From: Batkoa obscura
Lineage: Eukaryota
Direction: 5' to 3'
Assembly (NCBI GenBank): GCA_030770535.1
Contig: JASVEC010000012.1
Location: 1,116,001-1,180,000 of the forward strand
DNA length: 64,000 bases
Positions 50,262-64,000 of this stretch are shown here, piece after piece. Position numbers and translations under genes: made by a program. The notes beneath the pieces are model-generated. The model was not told the origin of the DNA and did not search any database. It saw only the letters and a list, made by a program, of their open reading frames with translations. How positions within the stretch are numbered: the stretch's first letter is position 1; each line of letters starts with the position of its first letter.

Positions 50262-53200
50262 GAAGAATTTACCTTAACTTGATGATTGACTAATTTATTA
50301 ACTTTTTTAGCTCTTAGTTTAATATTCTCATTATGTGCTAACTATTAAAAAAAGGATTATTATTAATATTTTTAAAGATTAAAGTTTTATAAAATAATTA
50401 AAATCTTACTTCCAAAGCATCCAAAAAAGAAATTATTAAATTAAAGAAATCTTCTGGTTTAGTAGAAGATGAATCTTCACCAAAATAAGTTAATAATTCT
50501 TCTAAATTTGATTCTAATTTTTCTCCATTTTCTTTAATACTCTTAGAAATCGAAGAACCGCTAGCAATAAATTTCTAATTGAATTTTGATTATTAATGAA
50601 TTTTTAATGCTAATTATTATTAAATAATTAATTATCTTACTTCCATAACCTCAACAAACCTATCATTTTCAGGTTTTAATATTAATTTTTTATGCTGTTG
50701 AATTTCAGTTTCAATTCTTTTTACTCCTTGTGTTAAAGAATAAATATTGTTGGATAAAGTAGTAACAGAAACTATAAAATAAAAACATCAGTCATTAATT
50801 ATAACAAATAATTGAATTAATTAATTAATTTACTTCTTGCTGCTGCTTCAATTGTTTTAAAATCTTCCTTTAATTTTAATATATCTTTCCAATGATCTTC
50901 TAACATTTGACAAATATAATGTAAGAATGAAGTTATTGGTCGACTTGATGTAGTTGTATTCGCTTTAACATCTTTAAGCTAAATAATAATAATAATTATT
51001 ATTATTATTATGTTATTATTATTATATATATTAATAATTAATTTGATTCTTACCAATCTCAAAGCTTCTAATTTAAAACCTTTAGCTTCCCCCCTTGGTG
51101 TATTGGCATTTAAATAATTACCAAGTGATAAAATAATCTAAATTTAATATATTAAATTTTTTTTAATAATATTACTATTTAATATTAAGTTTACTTCTAA
51201 TAAAATAACTAATCTTTTGGAAGTTTTAAGTTCAATGATTACTTGATTTAAAGTAGTTAATTCCTAAATAAATTATAAAATAAATTATTAGTTTAATATT
51301 TTTATAAATATTAAAACTTTACTGGTTTAATATCTTGTAAATCAGAATCAAATTTTCTTCGAAATATCATACAATTTAATCTTTCCGATAACCTTGGAAT
51401 ATCTAATATCTATTATATTTTAATATTAAAATCAAGTTCCTTTACAAACTATTTTTATATAAATATAAAGTTATTTACTTGTAATATATATTTCTCGGCA
51501 GTACCTAAAGTTTCTAATGTACCATTATAACTCTTAACAATTTTTATCTAAAAAATACATTCATTAAATCCATCATTTAAAAAAAAATGTTAATCATTCT
51601 TTTTGAATTACCTCATCTTGAGTAGGAGCAATATTTTCTAAAGACCTTAAATTATCAATAGATAATCTCGTATCATTAATTTCTAATATAGCTAATCTAA
51701 TAGCAGGAAAAGGCATTTTCATTCTAGCTAAAGCAATAGCTAAAAAATAATAATAATAAATTTAATTCAATTAAATAACAAATCAATGTATTCTAAATAA
51801 ATATAAACTTAATTTAAACTTACCAATATTATTTGCTCTATTAAAATCCAATAATGTTATACTTTTTTTACCCTTTAATTTACGACCAATACTAGAGTAC
51901 CCAGATCCTGGTTTTTTAGTTATCTTTTTACAAAATAATAATTCAATTTCTTCAAAATCCATTTTTTTATAAATTTTATCTAATTCCATATTTTCCCAAA
52001 TTGTATCTCTTACTCTTCCATTACCGATTTTTTTCCAAAATAATGCCTATTAATATATATTAATATATATTGTATATTGTATATTATTTGATTTACTTTC
52101 ATAGGTACTTTTGGTTTAATTGCTATATTTTTTTGACTTTGTGATGAAATAGCCAATAAATTTTCTCCTATTCCATTAGGTGGTGGTGGTGGTGGAATAC
52201 CTATTGGCAATATTGTTGTATTATCTTGAGTTAATTTTTGTAATATAGAAGACATTGGAGGAGGTGGTGGTGGTGGTAATAGAGTAGATTTTGTTACTTT
52301 ATGATTGCTAATTAATGGTAACGGTGGTGGTGGTGGTGGTAAAGATCCAGTTGATTTATTAAATATTGGTGGTGATAATAAAGGTGGTGGTGGTATTTTA
52401 TTATTATCATTATTATTATTTGGTGGTAAAGGTGGCGGTGGGGGTATGTTAACTGGTATTATATTACTATTGTTATTATTTAATTTAGATTGAGATGTAT
52501 TAGTAAACTGTGGAAGTGGTGGTGGAAGTGGTGGTGGTGGTGGTGGTAATAATATTGTTTTTGTTGGTATTAAGGTATTATCATTTATATTACTTTCTTC
52601 TAAAATATTGTTATTTTTCTTCCAATTTTCAATTTCAATTTCCTTCTCTTTTAATTTATTATTTTGTTCATTTACCTGCAATTCCAACCTTGAAATAGAA
52701 GCTTGCAATTCATTAACCTTATTCTCCGAATCCTCCTTAACTGCCAATTTCTCCCTTGCCTCTTCCAATTCAGCTTGTAATATTTGAACATCAGTAACAC
52801 TTAATAAATCGGTTATACCATTATTAATCTCCGTTGAATTATTTTTGATATCATTTAAGTTATTATTATTATTCTCTGGAACATACTCATTAATTTTTAA
52901 TTGAAATTTAGCACATACTGCTTCAAGAGAACGTTTTAAGTAAGCAATTTCTTTTTGTTTAGAATCTAAATTCGAAGTTAATTCCTTATTCTGCTGTTTT
53001 TGTAAATCTAATTCATCTTTTATAGCTGATCTTGAAAACTCAGGTAATTTACTACTTTCCAAAAGGCTATTATTACCCTATTAAAGAAATAAAAGTAAAA
53101 ATTATTTTTAAAATAATAATAAATAATACTTACTTTAATATTAGCCAATCGATCAATTCTTTCATTTAATTTTGAAATTTCTTTTTCTTTTTGAATTAAT

Positions 53201-56200
53201 TTTTGAACCAAAGTAGTAAAATTCTAATTAAATTAAAAAAAATTGTATTAATTTTCCATATTTTATCAAATAATAAACTAATAAATAAATCCACTTACAT
53301 CTTTTGGACTTTTTGAAAAATCAATATCTTCACTATCTTTATTTTTTTGCTCAATAAAATAATTAATAATTGGAATCTCTTTTAATTCTTTTAATTCTAA
53401 TTCACTATTTTCTAATTTTTCTTTAGTATCTTTTAACTCTTGTTCATGTTTCTTATATTCTTGCATCTCCAATTGAAATTCCTCCGATAATTCTAATACA
53501 TCTCTAATATTCAATCCTACAAATTCTTTAGCTTCTTCAAAGAATGGTAATAAAGATGAATTATAATCTTCAATATCTTTTAAATTTAACATATGATGAC
53601 AAAACATGTCAATTAAATTACAAATTTCATATCTTAATTCATCTTGATATTCATTATTTAATAAATTACTTAAATGATTAATAATTTCATTAATAATTGT
53701 TCTTAATACCGATTCTCCAGACAATTGTTTTATATTATTGGACAATTTTAATAAGGGATGATTTTTATCATCATCTAGCGTTTGAATTAATATTTGTTCT
53801 TTTAATTCATTTTTATCCGCTTCTAATTCTTCTTCATAACATTCAATTTGTTTAACTAAAGATTCTGGGGGATAAGATTCTCTTAGTTCCTTTTAAAAAA
53901 AATTAAAAAAAGAAATTAATATTTTTAATAAATAAGAACTTACCTGAAATACCACCTTTAATCCTCTACGATGAAATTCTTCTCTTAATAACATTCTTTC
54001 ATCTAAAGATTCCGGTGTATTAACCAAGGCATTAATAAATGATAAACAAGTAGTTTTATATTCATAAGCTGCAATGGCTGATATACCCTCTAATGAAACA
54101 TGAGCTTCTAAAGAATGTAAAAGATACTGAAATCTGTAATCCTCATGAAATTTCAATCGAAAATCAGCTAAAGAGTCCAATATTTGCATATGGCCTTGTT
54201 TCGAAAGTACACAAATAGCTGCCAACACTTCCGTCGATATTTTACGAATTTTATCATTTTGGGTATTAATTGAAAAGGTTAAATATTTAACAATTTCTGG
54301 ATGTTTTAAAACTTCGTGAAACCCAGATTCTGTATTTAATAATACTCTTAAACATCTTATACATTCTAAATGAATATCTTCATCTATATCTTGTATTTTA
54401 ATAATATTGCTTTGATCTACAATGGATATATTTTTTTCAATATATTTCATTAATAATGTTTCAATCCCTAATAAAGCCGTACCATCTTCTAGAAAGGATC
54501 GTACCCAGGTGACTGCTGCTGTAGATAAATGAATTCTTAAAGATTGTAATAATTTAAATGTTTCATTGGAGGATAAATTTTTACTACTTAAAAATTTTAA
54601 ATAATAATCCGTTGAACCTGGAACACAACTACTATTATTAGAAAATAAGGAACCAAAGATAAAATTCGATATTCCACTTGTTGCTGGTGTTGTTGTTGTT
54701 GTTGTTGTTGTTGGACGTTCGGTTGTAAGTATGCTTTCTAAGCTAGCTTGTGCAGCACTCGATGGATTATCATTACTACTGCTATTGATGGTGTTAATAC
54801 TAACAATGCTATTTGGTCTTGTCATAGACATTGGTTGTGGTGGTGAAGTAGCTGAATTAGGTGATTTCATTTTACGTACCATTTCATTTTGTTCAATTAA
54901 TTCTAATTTTTTACTGGCTGGAAATTCCATCATTTTTTCTCTTATTGCATCTTTAATGTTTAATTCATCCTAATAAAATTAAATAAAATAATTATATTTT
55001 AAATTATGTTCTATTTTAATATAAAAACTTACTAAAACTTCTAAAAATGCTTTATCTAACTCGTTTAATTCATCTTCTAATTCCAATTGTTCTTGATTAA
55101 CATCTTCTTGAATTTCAGATTGAATTTCACTTTCTTCAGTAGTTGGTAATCTCTCTCTTTGTTTTAAGCCTCTAGTAATTGGATACGTGTTAGCCCAATC
55201 CATGGAGTTATTATTATTATCCAAGTCAGTTTGTCTTCTTAATTTACCCACATCTCCACTAATCCAAGTAGTTATCGTTGACAAATCAATACCCGTTTCA
55301 GAATCTTTACCAGATAAGGACATATGTCGTACCATCCTGGATGGTGAAGCAATTCTTCTTTTAATTAAATTTTCATGCCTTGTTGCTTCCGCTGTTTTTT
55401 TTTCTAAATTATTATTACCACCAAAAAAAGTATAAACTGATAACGGACGCGCTAAATTTTTGGTTAATTTAGAAGTCATAGAACCCATCTTTGTATACCA
55501 ATTTTCTGGTAGTCCATAATGAAATTTATAGTCTAATAGAATATTATTTTCAATATCTAAATTTAAATTGGTCATTAAATTATATATCACATCTTCTAAA
55601 TTAACTATTATCGTTTCTTTATCTTCTTCTGAGTTGATTTTAATTAAACTAATTTCCCTTGTTAATTCCAAATTTATTTCTTCATCTCTAGTACTTAAAC
55701 TTTCGTCAACAATTTTAATTAAATTATTAAATGACATATGTTCATCGATATAAAATTCCGTATCAATAATATCTTGATTATCCGTTGCTTTTTGTATTTG
55801 TAATTTAATAGTTAATTTAGTATCCACTATTTTAAAGCAAGGTTTATGTAAATATTGGGATAAATCATGAATATCTTGAACAGATTGAGAAGACAAACCT
55901 TCTGCTTTAACTGCTTGTAATTTCACTTTTTCTAAGATTGGAAATATTTTTTCTTCATTCTGTAAATATCGAGTGTTTCCATTAACAATTTCTTCTTCTC
56001 CTACTAATTCATTGGGATCTTGTTTTGATAAAACTTCCAAACAACTAGTATTATCTTTCATTGAAATTAAAATCACTTTCCAACTTGTAGTATCCATTTC
56101 TAAATTTTCATCTCCTTTAATTTCTTGTAAAACTAAATGAATTAAATCCGAGGCATTAGCTCCTTCTTCTAAAAATACTACTTTAACACTACTATCTACA

Positions 56201-56232
56201 AGTAATACTTGAACTATATCTTGTTTTCCCAT
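49987..56232 (-). CDS. Diaphanous-related formin (N-terminal extension, GBD/FH3, FH1, FH2, DAD), multi-exon
   Basis: LRIHLST...WV..F, FINALVN, R..LR.EF, polyproline FH1, LLDFNRANNIGI.L, ILSLGNYLN....RG.A.GF, YFGED, DFDVAIRELRSG. Confidence 0.93.
50217..50258. repeat. (TAA)n microsatellite in a formin intron
   Basis: About 14 perfect TAA units. Confidence 0.95.
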
Positions 56233-57786
56233 ATAAAAATTGATTGATTGATTAATTGATTAAAAATAGATATTGATATTTAATGAATTAATTAAGCCGA
56301 TGAAATAAAAAATATAATTTATGCTTTTAAAAACTTCATTTTTTTTGATGGCTGGGTAATTTTTTCGTAAGATGAAATCAACCAATTAAATTGAATGTTA
56401 CTAGAGTTTGTTGGTAAAGTGGCACTTGGCATTAAAATGATATTGATATAGATCTTGTAATGTTATTTTTGGGGGGATAAGAGTGGGAATGAGTTTTATT
56501 TCATTAATATCGATGTCTATTGTTGGATAAAGATTTTAATTCTATGACTTTTTAATAAACATATAGTATATTTTTGTTATTGATAAATAGTATTATTTAT
56601 AATTTGATAAATTAAAAAAACTTATAAAAAAGCTTTATTAGCATTAATAAGCACCTTTAAAGTATTAAATCAACAGTTATTATAATTGATTGATAGTATG
56701 TTAATAATAAACTTGATTAATAATCATTATAAGTATATAAATAATCAAACTATTTATTAATATTTTTTATAAAAAATTTTACTATTTTTAATACAATTAA
56801 TAGTTATAAACAAATATTTATTAAGAATATTAAAATAGTTCATAAATGAATTAAGATTGAAAATAAGGGATATTTGATTTTTCATTATTTTTTACATGTT
56901 TATATTATGTGATATAATTACTCACTTTCATAAGAGTTAAAAGCTGTTTATAGATCTAGTTTCAAACTATTATTCCTCTCAAAGTTCATTGATTAGTTTT
57001 ATTCAATAATTCATCGTCTATAAACTCCATATAAAACAAAAGTCTAAACCTTTATTACATTATAATATTATTCACTATAGTGGTAAAATGTTCTTAAATA
57101 TTAACTTTTATAATAACTATTATTTAAACTAATTTTATTTTTAGAAGTTTTGTGATAACTCGAACTACTGAGTTTACAACTAAAAATAGCTTTTATAAAA
57201 AAATGACTTAATTAATCTTCACTCAGGTTAATTATACAAGAAAAAATAAAGGAGAGTTATACTTTAAGTAATGAAATATTCGATTGATAACTGTCTTTCA
57301 TAATTAAAATTTTAATTAGTTTAATTAAATATGAGTTAATTGAGATTAAATAGTTAAATTAAATGACTTTCATATTAATTTAAGTTTAGATTTATTATAT
57401 AATCTAATTAAATGATTATTTTGAATATTTTTAAAAGTAGAAACTTGAACTGTTTGTTTTAAGTAAGTTTAAACTCAAATTTTTAAAAATAAAAGTTGCT
57501 AGAACCAATCAGATAGCTAATTAATCTAATTCAATGGGAGTAAATCCAGTCAATTAAGTTTAATTACCAATAAACTATTAATTTCAAATCATAACAATAG
57601 TTTCAATTCAACCCTTTAAAACAATATTTGAAATTCTAAGAATAAGAATAAATTAAAAAAAAATTAAACTTAATTTTTTTAATTTTTTAAATATATTAAT
57701 CTACTCATTATTTAAATCTTCATTAAGTCTTAATTAATAATACTAATCACTAATCATTCTATAATAAAAGTAATAAATAAATAAAA

Positions 57787-58949
57787 ATGGAAAACAAATT
57801 AGCCCCCGCCAAATTAAGTCGATTACCACCAAATGAAAAAAGCCATGCATTAAGTTCTTTATTTAAGTTACCAAATCCATTTAGTAAGAGTAGTAATAAT
57901 TTATTAGCTAAAAAAGAGAAAGAAGAAAGTTTTAAAATTATAAGAAATAGTCATCACGATCGAAAAAAGAGTATGGAAGCTAATTATAAATTGAATCCCA
58001 ATTCCGCTTATGCTCAACCACTTCAACATAGTCATCAATGTCATCAAAGTAAAGAAGTTGAAAATAAGTTATTTAAACCAATGAAATTATCCCCAAATAA
58101 TGGCTTAAGTCCTTTAGATGCTATTAAGTTAAGAGCTGAAATGGAATTACAAAAAGAAAAATATCATGTCAATAAAACCGTTTTAAATTCAGTTATCGAT
58201 ACTAATGAAGCCGAGTACGGATTAGATTTAACTTGGGCTAAAGAATTAGAGAATATAACTCAAGAATTAAATCAATTTGAAGTTCAAATTGGTGTTGATA
58301 AAAGAAAATCCATAGCTCATTTTTGTTCAACGGCTAGTCCAACCCCACCTTTTTCTCAACCTAATATTAAATATAATAATAATTCACATTTAAAACCAGA
58401 GAAAGCACAAATAAGACCTTCTATTAAATTACAACATAGTAATAATAGTAGTATAAGCAATATTTCATCATCACCCATAAATTTTCATCGGTATTCTAAT
58501 TATTTACCAAGAAGCAGTAATAATTTAATATCAAATGAAAACAATGTATCTCCACCACCAAAGATTAAAAATGCACGTTCTAATCCTAATTTTAAAGAAA
58601 AAATCGAGTTTTCGATAGTTACTCCAATGAGTTCAATTGAAGCTTCACCCGTTTCTAATTTACAAATGCCATCGTTTACATCAAATACTACTATTACTAG
58701 TTCTAGTTCATCAAGTTCCAGTTTCAATCTAGTGGGCAAAATGGAAAGTGTAGAAAGTCTCAAAAGAGAATTAGCTTGGGAAAAAAGAAGTCGAATGACA
58801 CTTGAAAATCAATTGTTAAGGGAAAAAGAGGTAATCACTTTTTATTTATTTTTTTGATCATACAAATGAATATTAATTTTTCTTTTTAGAAAAATCATAT
58901 GTTGCAAGAAGAAGTTAGGTATTTAAAAAATTTGGTTAGTAAGAAGTAA
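57787..58949 (+). CDS. Hypothetical Ser/Asn-rich protein with C-terminal coiled coil (1 intron)
   Basis: 356 aa open frame, intron at about 58831-58889, continuing KNHMLQEEVRYLKNLVSKK*. Confidence 0.75.
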
Positions 58950-59211
58950 ACCTTATGAAAGTCAGTTTTTTATGTTTTAGTAACCTTAGATTTGAACTTA
59001 TGTTATTCTTTATTGAACTAATCTCTTTCTATTTTAATAATATTAATGTTTTATTATTATTTAATCTTTTTATTTTTTTATTGATGTAATAAATAGTAAT
59101 ATGTTATAAAGAATTATATATTTTCAACCAATCAAATTTAAAACATGCGACTTTATAAATTTTCTTAAAGTTGTTTTTGTTATAATTTTGAATCATCACT
59201 TTTTTATTGAA

Positions 59212-60402
59212 ATGAATGAAAATCTAATTGAAGAAATTAAAAATAATCATTTAACAAGTGATTCAGAAGAAGAAATTATTAATAATGACGATGGTAAAGT
59301 TGAAGAAATCGTAGATCCATTAGAAGACTTTCCACTAGATATTGAGGTAATTCCTTTTTTTGATAATTTAAAATCAAAAATTTAAATTCTACTTTTGTTA
59401 AATAATTAGGATATTGAATTAGTTCATTTAAGAATATTAAGTATTCAAGCTTTAAATCTATCAAGATTTAAAAATTTAAAAGTAATTTAATTAAGTTTAA
59501 TGAAAGTAATAATAATAATAATAATAATATTCTCATTTAGAATATTTACCTCCGTCAAAATTTATTAACTGAGATAGATGGATTACAAGATCTAGACTTA
59601 TTAACTGAACTTGACCTTTATGATAATCGTATTAAAAAGATTAAGAATGTATCACATTTAACTTCTCTTACAACATTAGATTTATCTTTCAACAAGATCA
59701 AACTCATCGAAAACATATCCACTTTAATCAATTTAGAACATTTATATTTAGTAAGTAATAGGATAAATAAGATTGAAAATTTGGACACTATGAATCAATT
59801 GATTAACTTAGAATTGGGCGATAATAAACTAAGAAAGATTGAAAATTTAGAAAAATTAAGTAAATTACAACAGTTATGGCTAGGCAAAAATAAAATATTA
59901 AAGTTTGAAAATTTGGATATGTTAAAAAATTTAAAGATATTATCTATTCAATCAAATCGACTTACTTCACTTCATGGTTTACAAGGTTTGACTAATTTAG
60001 AAGAATTATATGTATCTCATAATGCTATTGAAAAAATTGAAGGTTTAGATAATTTGGTAAGTTTTATATTTTAGATAATAATAAAGTGAATATGAGATAA
60101 GATATTAACCTTGTGTCTTATATTAGCTTAACCTACGTGTATTTGATATAGCCAACAATAAAATTAATAAATTAGAAAACATGAATCATTTAGTTAATTT
60201 AGAAGAATTTTGGGCCAATGGAAATCAATTAGATTCCTTCAAAGATTTAGAAACTCAATTTCTAAATCTAATCAATATTGAAACTGTATATTTGGAAAAT
60301 AATCCATTACAAAAAGCAAGTCCTACTGCTTATAGAAGAAAGGTTAAACTTGCTTTACCCTCCTCTTTAAAACAAATTGATGCTACTCTCTGTGCTTTGT
60401 AA
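59212..60402 (+). CDS. SDS22: Protein phosphatase 1 regulatory subunit Sds22/PPP1R7 (multi-exon)
   Basis: IELVHLRI, YLRQNLI, ELDLYDNRI, LWLGKNKI, LSIQSNRL, ELYVSHNAI, ETVYLENNPLQ, YRRKVKLALP.LKQIDAT. Confidence 0.93.
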
Positions 60403-60778
60403 TGATGTAAAACTTGTTATTGCAAAGACTAATGCGTTAGGGAGGATTACTTTTTTGTCAAAATTAAATCATAATACTGTAGATTTTATTTTAAGTTTTA
60501 TTACTTTTATATTGTGTTTATATTATATTATATATAGAAAGTTGAACTTTTCTTTATTATACTATAGTAGTTGGATGATTTTTTGTATTTTTATTGAGGA
60601 CATTAAAACTTATATTAAGCTCCAATAGAATGATTAAATTTAAACTAAAAGATAATAGAACGCTTTAATTTTAATTTACTTGTTAATTTATGTCTATAAA
60701 ATATTAAGATAAAATATTGATTATGATCATGGTTGTATTGAAACTAATTCTATTAAAATTTACTAATTAATAAAGCTT

Positions 60779-60883
60779 ATTAGGGGATATTTTTTTAGTT
60801 TCATTACTTTTTGCATCTTTTAAGCGTTATTTGGGCAGAAAGGTTATCAGTAAGATTCTTAAACAAGAAAACACATCCCTATT
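60779..60883 (+). mobile_element. MITE family A copy 10
   Basis: ATTAGGGGATATTTT...ACACATCCCTATT; diverged copy. Confidence 0.8.
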
Positions 60884-60909
60884 ATATGTTATAAGTATGA
60901 ATTGTTAGT

Positions 60910-61015
60910 ATATAGGGAATTATTTTTGTGTTTAAGAATTTTACTACCAATTTTTCCACTCAAATAGCGCTTAAAAGATGGAAAAAGTGATGAAGCCAAA
61001 AAAAGCACCCTCAAA
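60910..61015 (-). mobile_element. MITE family A copy 11
   Basis: Reverse copy about 26 bp from copy 10. Confidence 0.85.
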
Positions 61016-61170
61016 CCCTAATACTGATATAACTTGTTTACTATAATGATCTAAATTTATTAGATCTGGTCTTGTTTTTATTTCCATATTTTATTTAAAG
61101 TCTAAAATTATTATACAACTTTTATTATTTAATTTTTTAATAATTTCATTAAATATTTTTTTTGAGTATT

Positions 61171-61717
61171 GTGAAATATTGCTTCATTAGCTCTATAGTT
61201 GATTATCACATAATAATCACTTAACTTGTTTACAAAACTGGTTGTAGCCTTGTATTCAATTTGACCGTGATCCATGTGATACAATCAATACAAAGTTCCT
61301 TATTTAGATTTGCTGTGAGAATTCCTACCGCCTAATCATGAGAAATTTATTGTCCACGTTTTAATGTCCATACTTGGCAATTATAATAAGGAACAGCTGT
61401 TATCATGTTCCTTATATATAGCCACCCAGTTGGAGTATAAAAGAGATTCTTCAACATGATAACTCGAGGCTTTTTGACTGAACTACTCCCTGATATCCTA
61501 CCTTTAATAAAGCCACTAAGTCTTTCTGACAACATCTTACGTAGATTTTACAGTAGTATTGTCTATTCTATTTGTTTTACATAGTTCATAGCCTATTACA
61601 TACTATTCTTACTAATTTAAGTCTGTCTTAGTTACATAAACTAAGACCGTTCGACTTACGGCCAGTTAATTAAGTTAGAACTGCTTTTAACTCCAACCAC
61701 TGAGTACCAACTTTCAT
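61171..61717. repeat. Left arm of long inverted repeat
   Basis: Reverse complement of 62508-62969, e.g. ttggagtataaaagagattcttcaa / ttgaagaatctcttttatactccaa and tcttagttacataaactaagacc / ggtcttagtttatgtaactaaga. Confidence 0.9.
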
Positions 61718-61843
61718 AGTATCAACACAAAATTTATATAATTTATATACTTTTTTATATTAAAAGGTTCTTTTATCTCTATTTTTTTTCTTATTGTTAT
61801 TTTTTTTTTTCAATTTCTTTTTTAACTGTATACTGGTCACATT

Positions 61844-61945
61844 ATATAAAGGTGTTTTTTGATTTCATCACTTTTTCCATTTTCAAGCGCTATTTGAGTA
61901 GAATAATTGTACTAAAGTTTTTAAACAAAAAATACATCCCCATAT
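61844..61945 (+). mobile_element. MITE family A copy 12
   Basis: AGCGCTATTTGAGTAGAA...TACATCCCCATAT. Confidence 0.85.
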
Positions 61946-62507
61946 AAATCTGTTTTTCTTACTGGATTTTTGAAATTATCTGGTATATATTTAAAAAATG
62001 TTGGTCTAGCTACTGCTTTGTGTTTTAAATCATTAAAATATTTACTATATATCATTCTTCTAACTTTTATTTAATATATATACATTATTTGATGAATATT
62101 TATTTTTATTTTTATTAAATCTTGATGAAATAGTTGAATTATTAAATATTGTATAATAATCTCAATTTGCTCATTAATTTCTTATGTATTTTTAATAATA
62201 GGTTGTAATGTTGGTATTTTATTATTATTGGTTATTTTTGAATAATCATATTGATTTCTACTTACATTAAATCCAAAACTTTTACATTCATCAAAATAAT
62301 ATACTGAAGCTATAGTTGGTAATAATGCTACTTACTGGTTTTTATTTCCTGTTTCCTTTAAAGCATTAACTTTATACATTGCTTGATTAAGTTTTTTATT
62401 ATTATTAATAGTAAACTTTAATAATATTTCTTTTCTTTTTTTGTTTTGTCATAAAATTCCATAAACTCTGGACTATTATGAATAGTTGCTAAAATTGATG
62501 TAAATGT

Positions 62508-62969
62508 GAAAGTTGATACTTAGTGGTCGAAGTTAAAAGCTACTCTTGCTTAATTAACTTGCCTTGAGTCGAAGGGTCTTAGTTTATGTAACTAAGATAG
62601 ACTTAACTTAATAGAAATAGTACGTAATAAGCTACGAATTATGTAAAACAAATACAATGGAAGATACTACTATAAAATCTATATCAGATGTTGTCAGAAA
62701 GATTTAGTGACTTTATTAATGATACGTTATCAGGGAGTAATCCAATTAAAAAAGCCTGGAGTTATCATATTGAAGAATCTCTTTTATACTCCAATAAATA
62801 TGGATATTAATACGAGAGGATGTTATTCCTTGCAATATGAAGTTATAAATTCTCGCAGCAAATCAAAATAAGGGACTCTGACTTGATTGTATTTGAACTT
62901 GAGAACACGGCAACTTAAGTGATTGTTGCGTTATAATCAATCCGAGAGCTAAATAAAGCAATATTTCAC
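62508..62969. repeat. Right arm of long inverted repeat
   Basis: Pairs with 61171-61717 and carries internal deletions relative to the left arm. Confidence 0.9.
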
Positions 62970-63462
62970 ATAAATGAATTACAATGTTTATATAGTGTGT
63001 TTCTCCCTATTGTATTAAAATTTTTTAAAATTTCATTTCAAAGTTTAGTTATGAAAGTTTGCATTTTATTTTTATTTTAATAAAGAGTAAAGTCAAATAG
63101 TTATATATATATATTGTATATTGTATATCTATTAAACATTTAAAAATAATAATATAGAATATGTAATTGAAAAAATTGATTATTTAAAAAGAATGAGACA
63201 ATTAAAATGAGTCTTTTAAGTTAAATTTTTTTAACTTAGAAGCTTTTTAAATTTAACTAATCACACAGTAAGGGCTTATAAATTTGAAAACTTAAAATTT
63301 GTATTAATTTTTAATTAAATTCTGAAATCAATTTGGACATCCTTATATTATTATGACATTTCCAAATAAAAAAGACAAAGTTAAAGTAGAATATTGATTT
63401 AATAAGTTATTATAAAAAGCTCAATAAAAACCTGATCCCAAAATCAAAACAAGTGAACAAAT

Positions 63463-63566
63463 ATATGGGGATGTACTTTTTTGTTTAAGATTTTACTAAT
63501 AGCTTTTCCGCCCAAATAACGCTTAAAAGATGGAAAAAGTGACGAAATAAAAAAAACCCCTCGTAT
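63463..63566 (-). mobile_element. MITE family A copy 13
   Basis: ATATGGGGATGTAC...AAACCCCTCGTAT. Confidence 0.88.
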
Positions 63567-64000
63567 TTTTAGAGATATATGAAAGCGCACTTTTACATAT
63601 ATAATCTATTGTGGCCCATTGTTAAATATAAACAATGGGTAACCCCTGGCCATACTTTAATTATAATGTTAATTATATAGATCAATCCTTAAGTAACATT
63701 TTTTTGTTACCCCAAGTATTAATTATGTAATAAAAGCTTATAAAGAAACTGTAATTATTAATTTTAAAAGTAAGTTTGAAGAATTACTTTTCTAAAAACA
63801 ATACCTACGTAATGACTTAAAATCATGGACATAATAACAGTAAACTCGTTTTTACTACCACAAATTATACAATTAATAATTATTGTCTATTTAAAATTTT
63901 ATATTATTGTTCTATTTTTTCACTTAATTCTAGTATAAAACTATACTATCTATGACAATATTAGCTTTTAAAATAAAGATAAAATTGAAAACTGAAAGTA

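Overview
AT-rich eukaryotic genomic DNA with short GT-AG introns (about 40-100 nt; CTAAC/CTAAT branch points) and fungal-type genes. It is most consistent with an early-diverging fungus, possibly Entomophthoromycotina/Conidiobolus-like (inference, not verified). About 24 protein-coding genes are supportable. Intron-containing housekeeping genes: Sin3, PMT, GPN3, Tvp15-like, BET3, TIM23, an aldo-keto reductase, RPL14, a rhomboid, MMTAG2, ATP3, a formin and SDS22. Intronless accessory genes: four proteins ending in a CsbD-like module (two with GHxTT pentapeptide repeats), a secreted 2H phosphoesterase, a secreted repeat protein, a bacterial-like ThiE/TenI-domain gene, a divergent class I HDAC and a class 3 lipase. 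The most striking non-coding feature is a ~105 bp hairpin-like MITE family present in 13 copies, all intergenic. There are also two other foldback elements, a 1.8 kb structure with ~500 bp inverted arms, and several dead ORFs broken by in-frame stops. Exon boundaries were read by eye, so spans of spliced genes are approximate.
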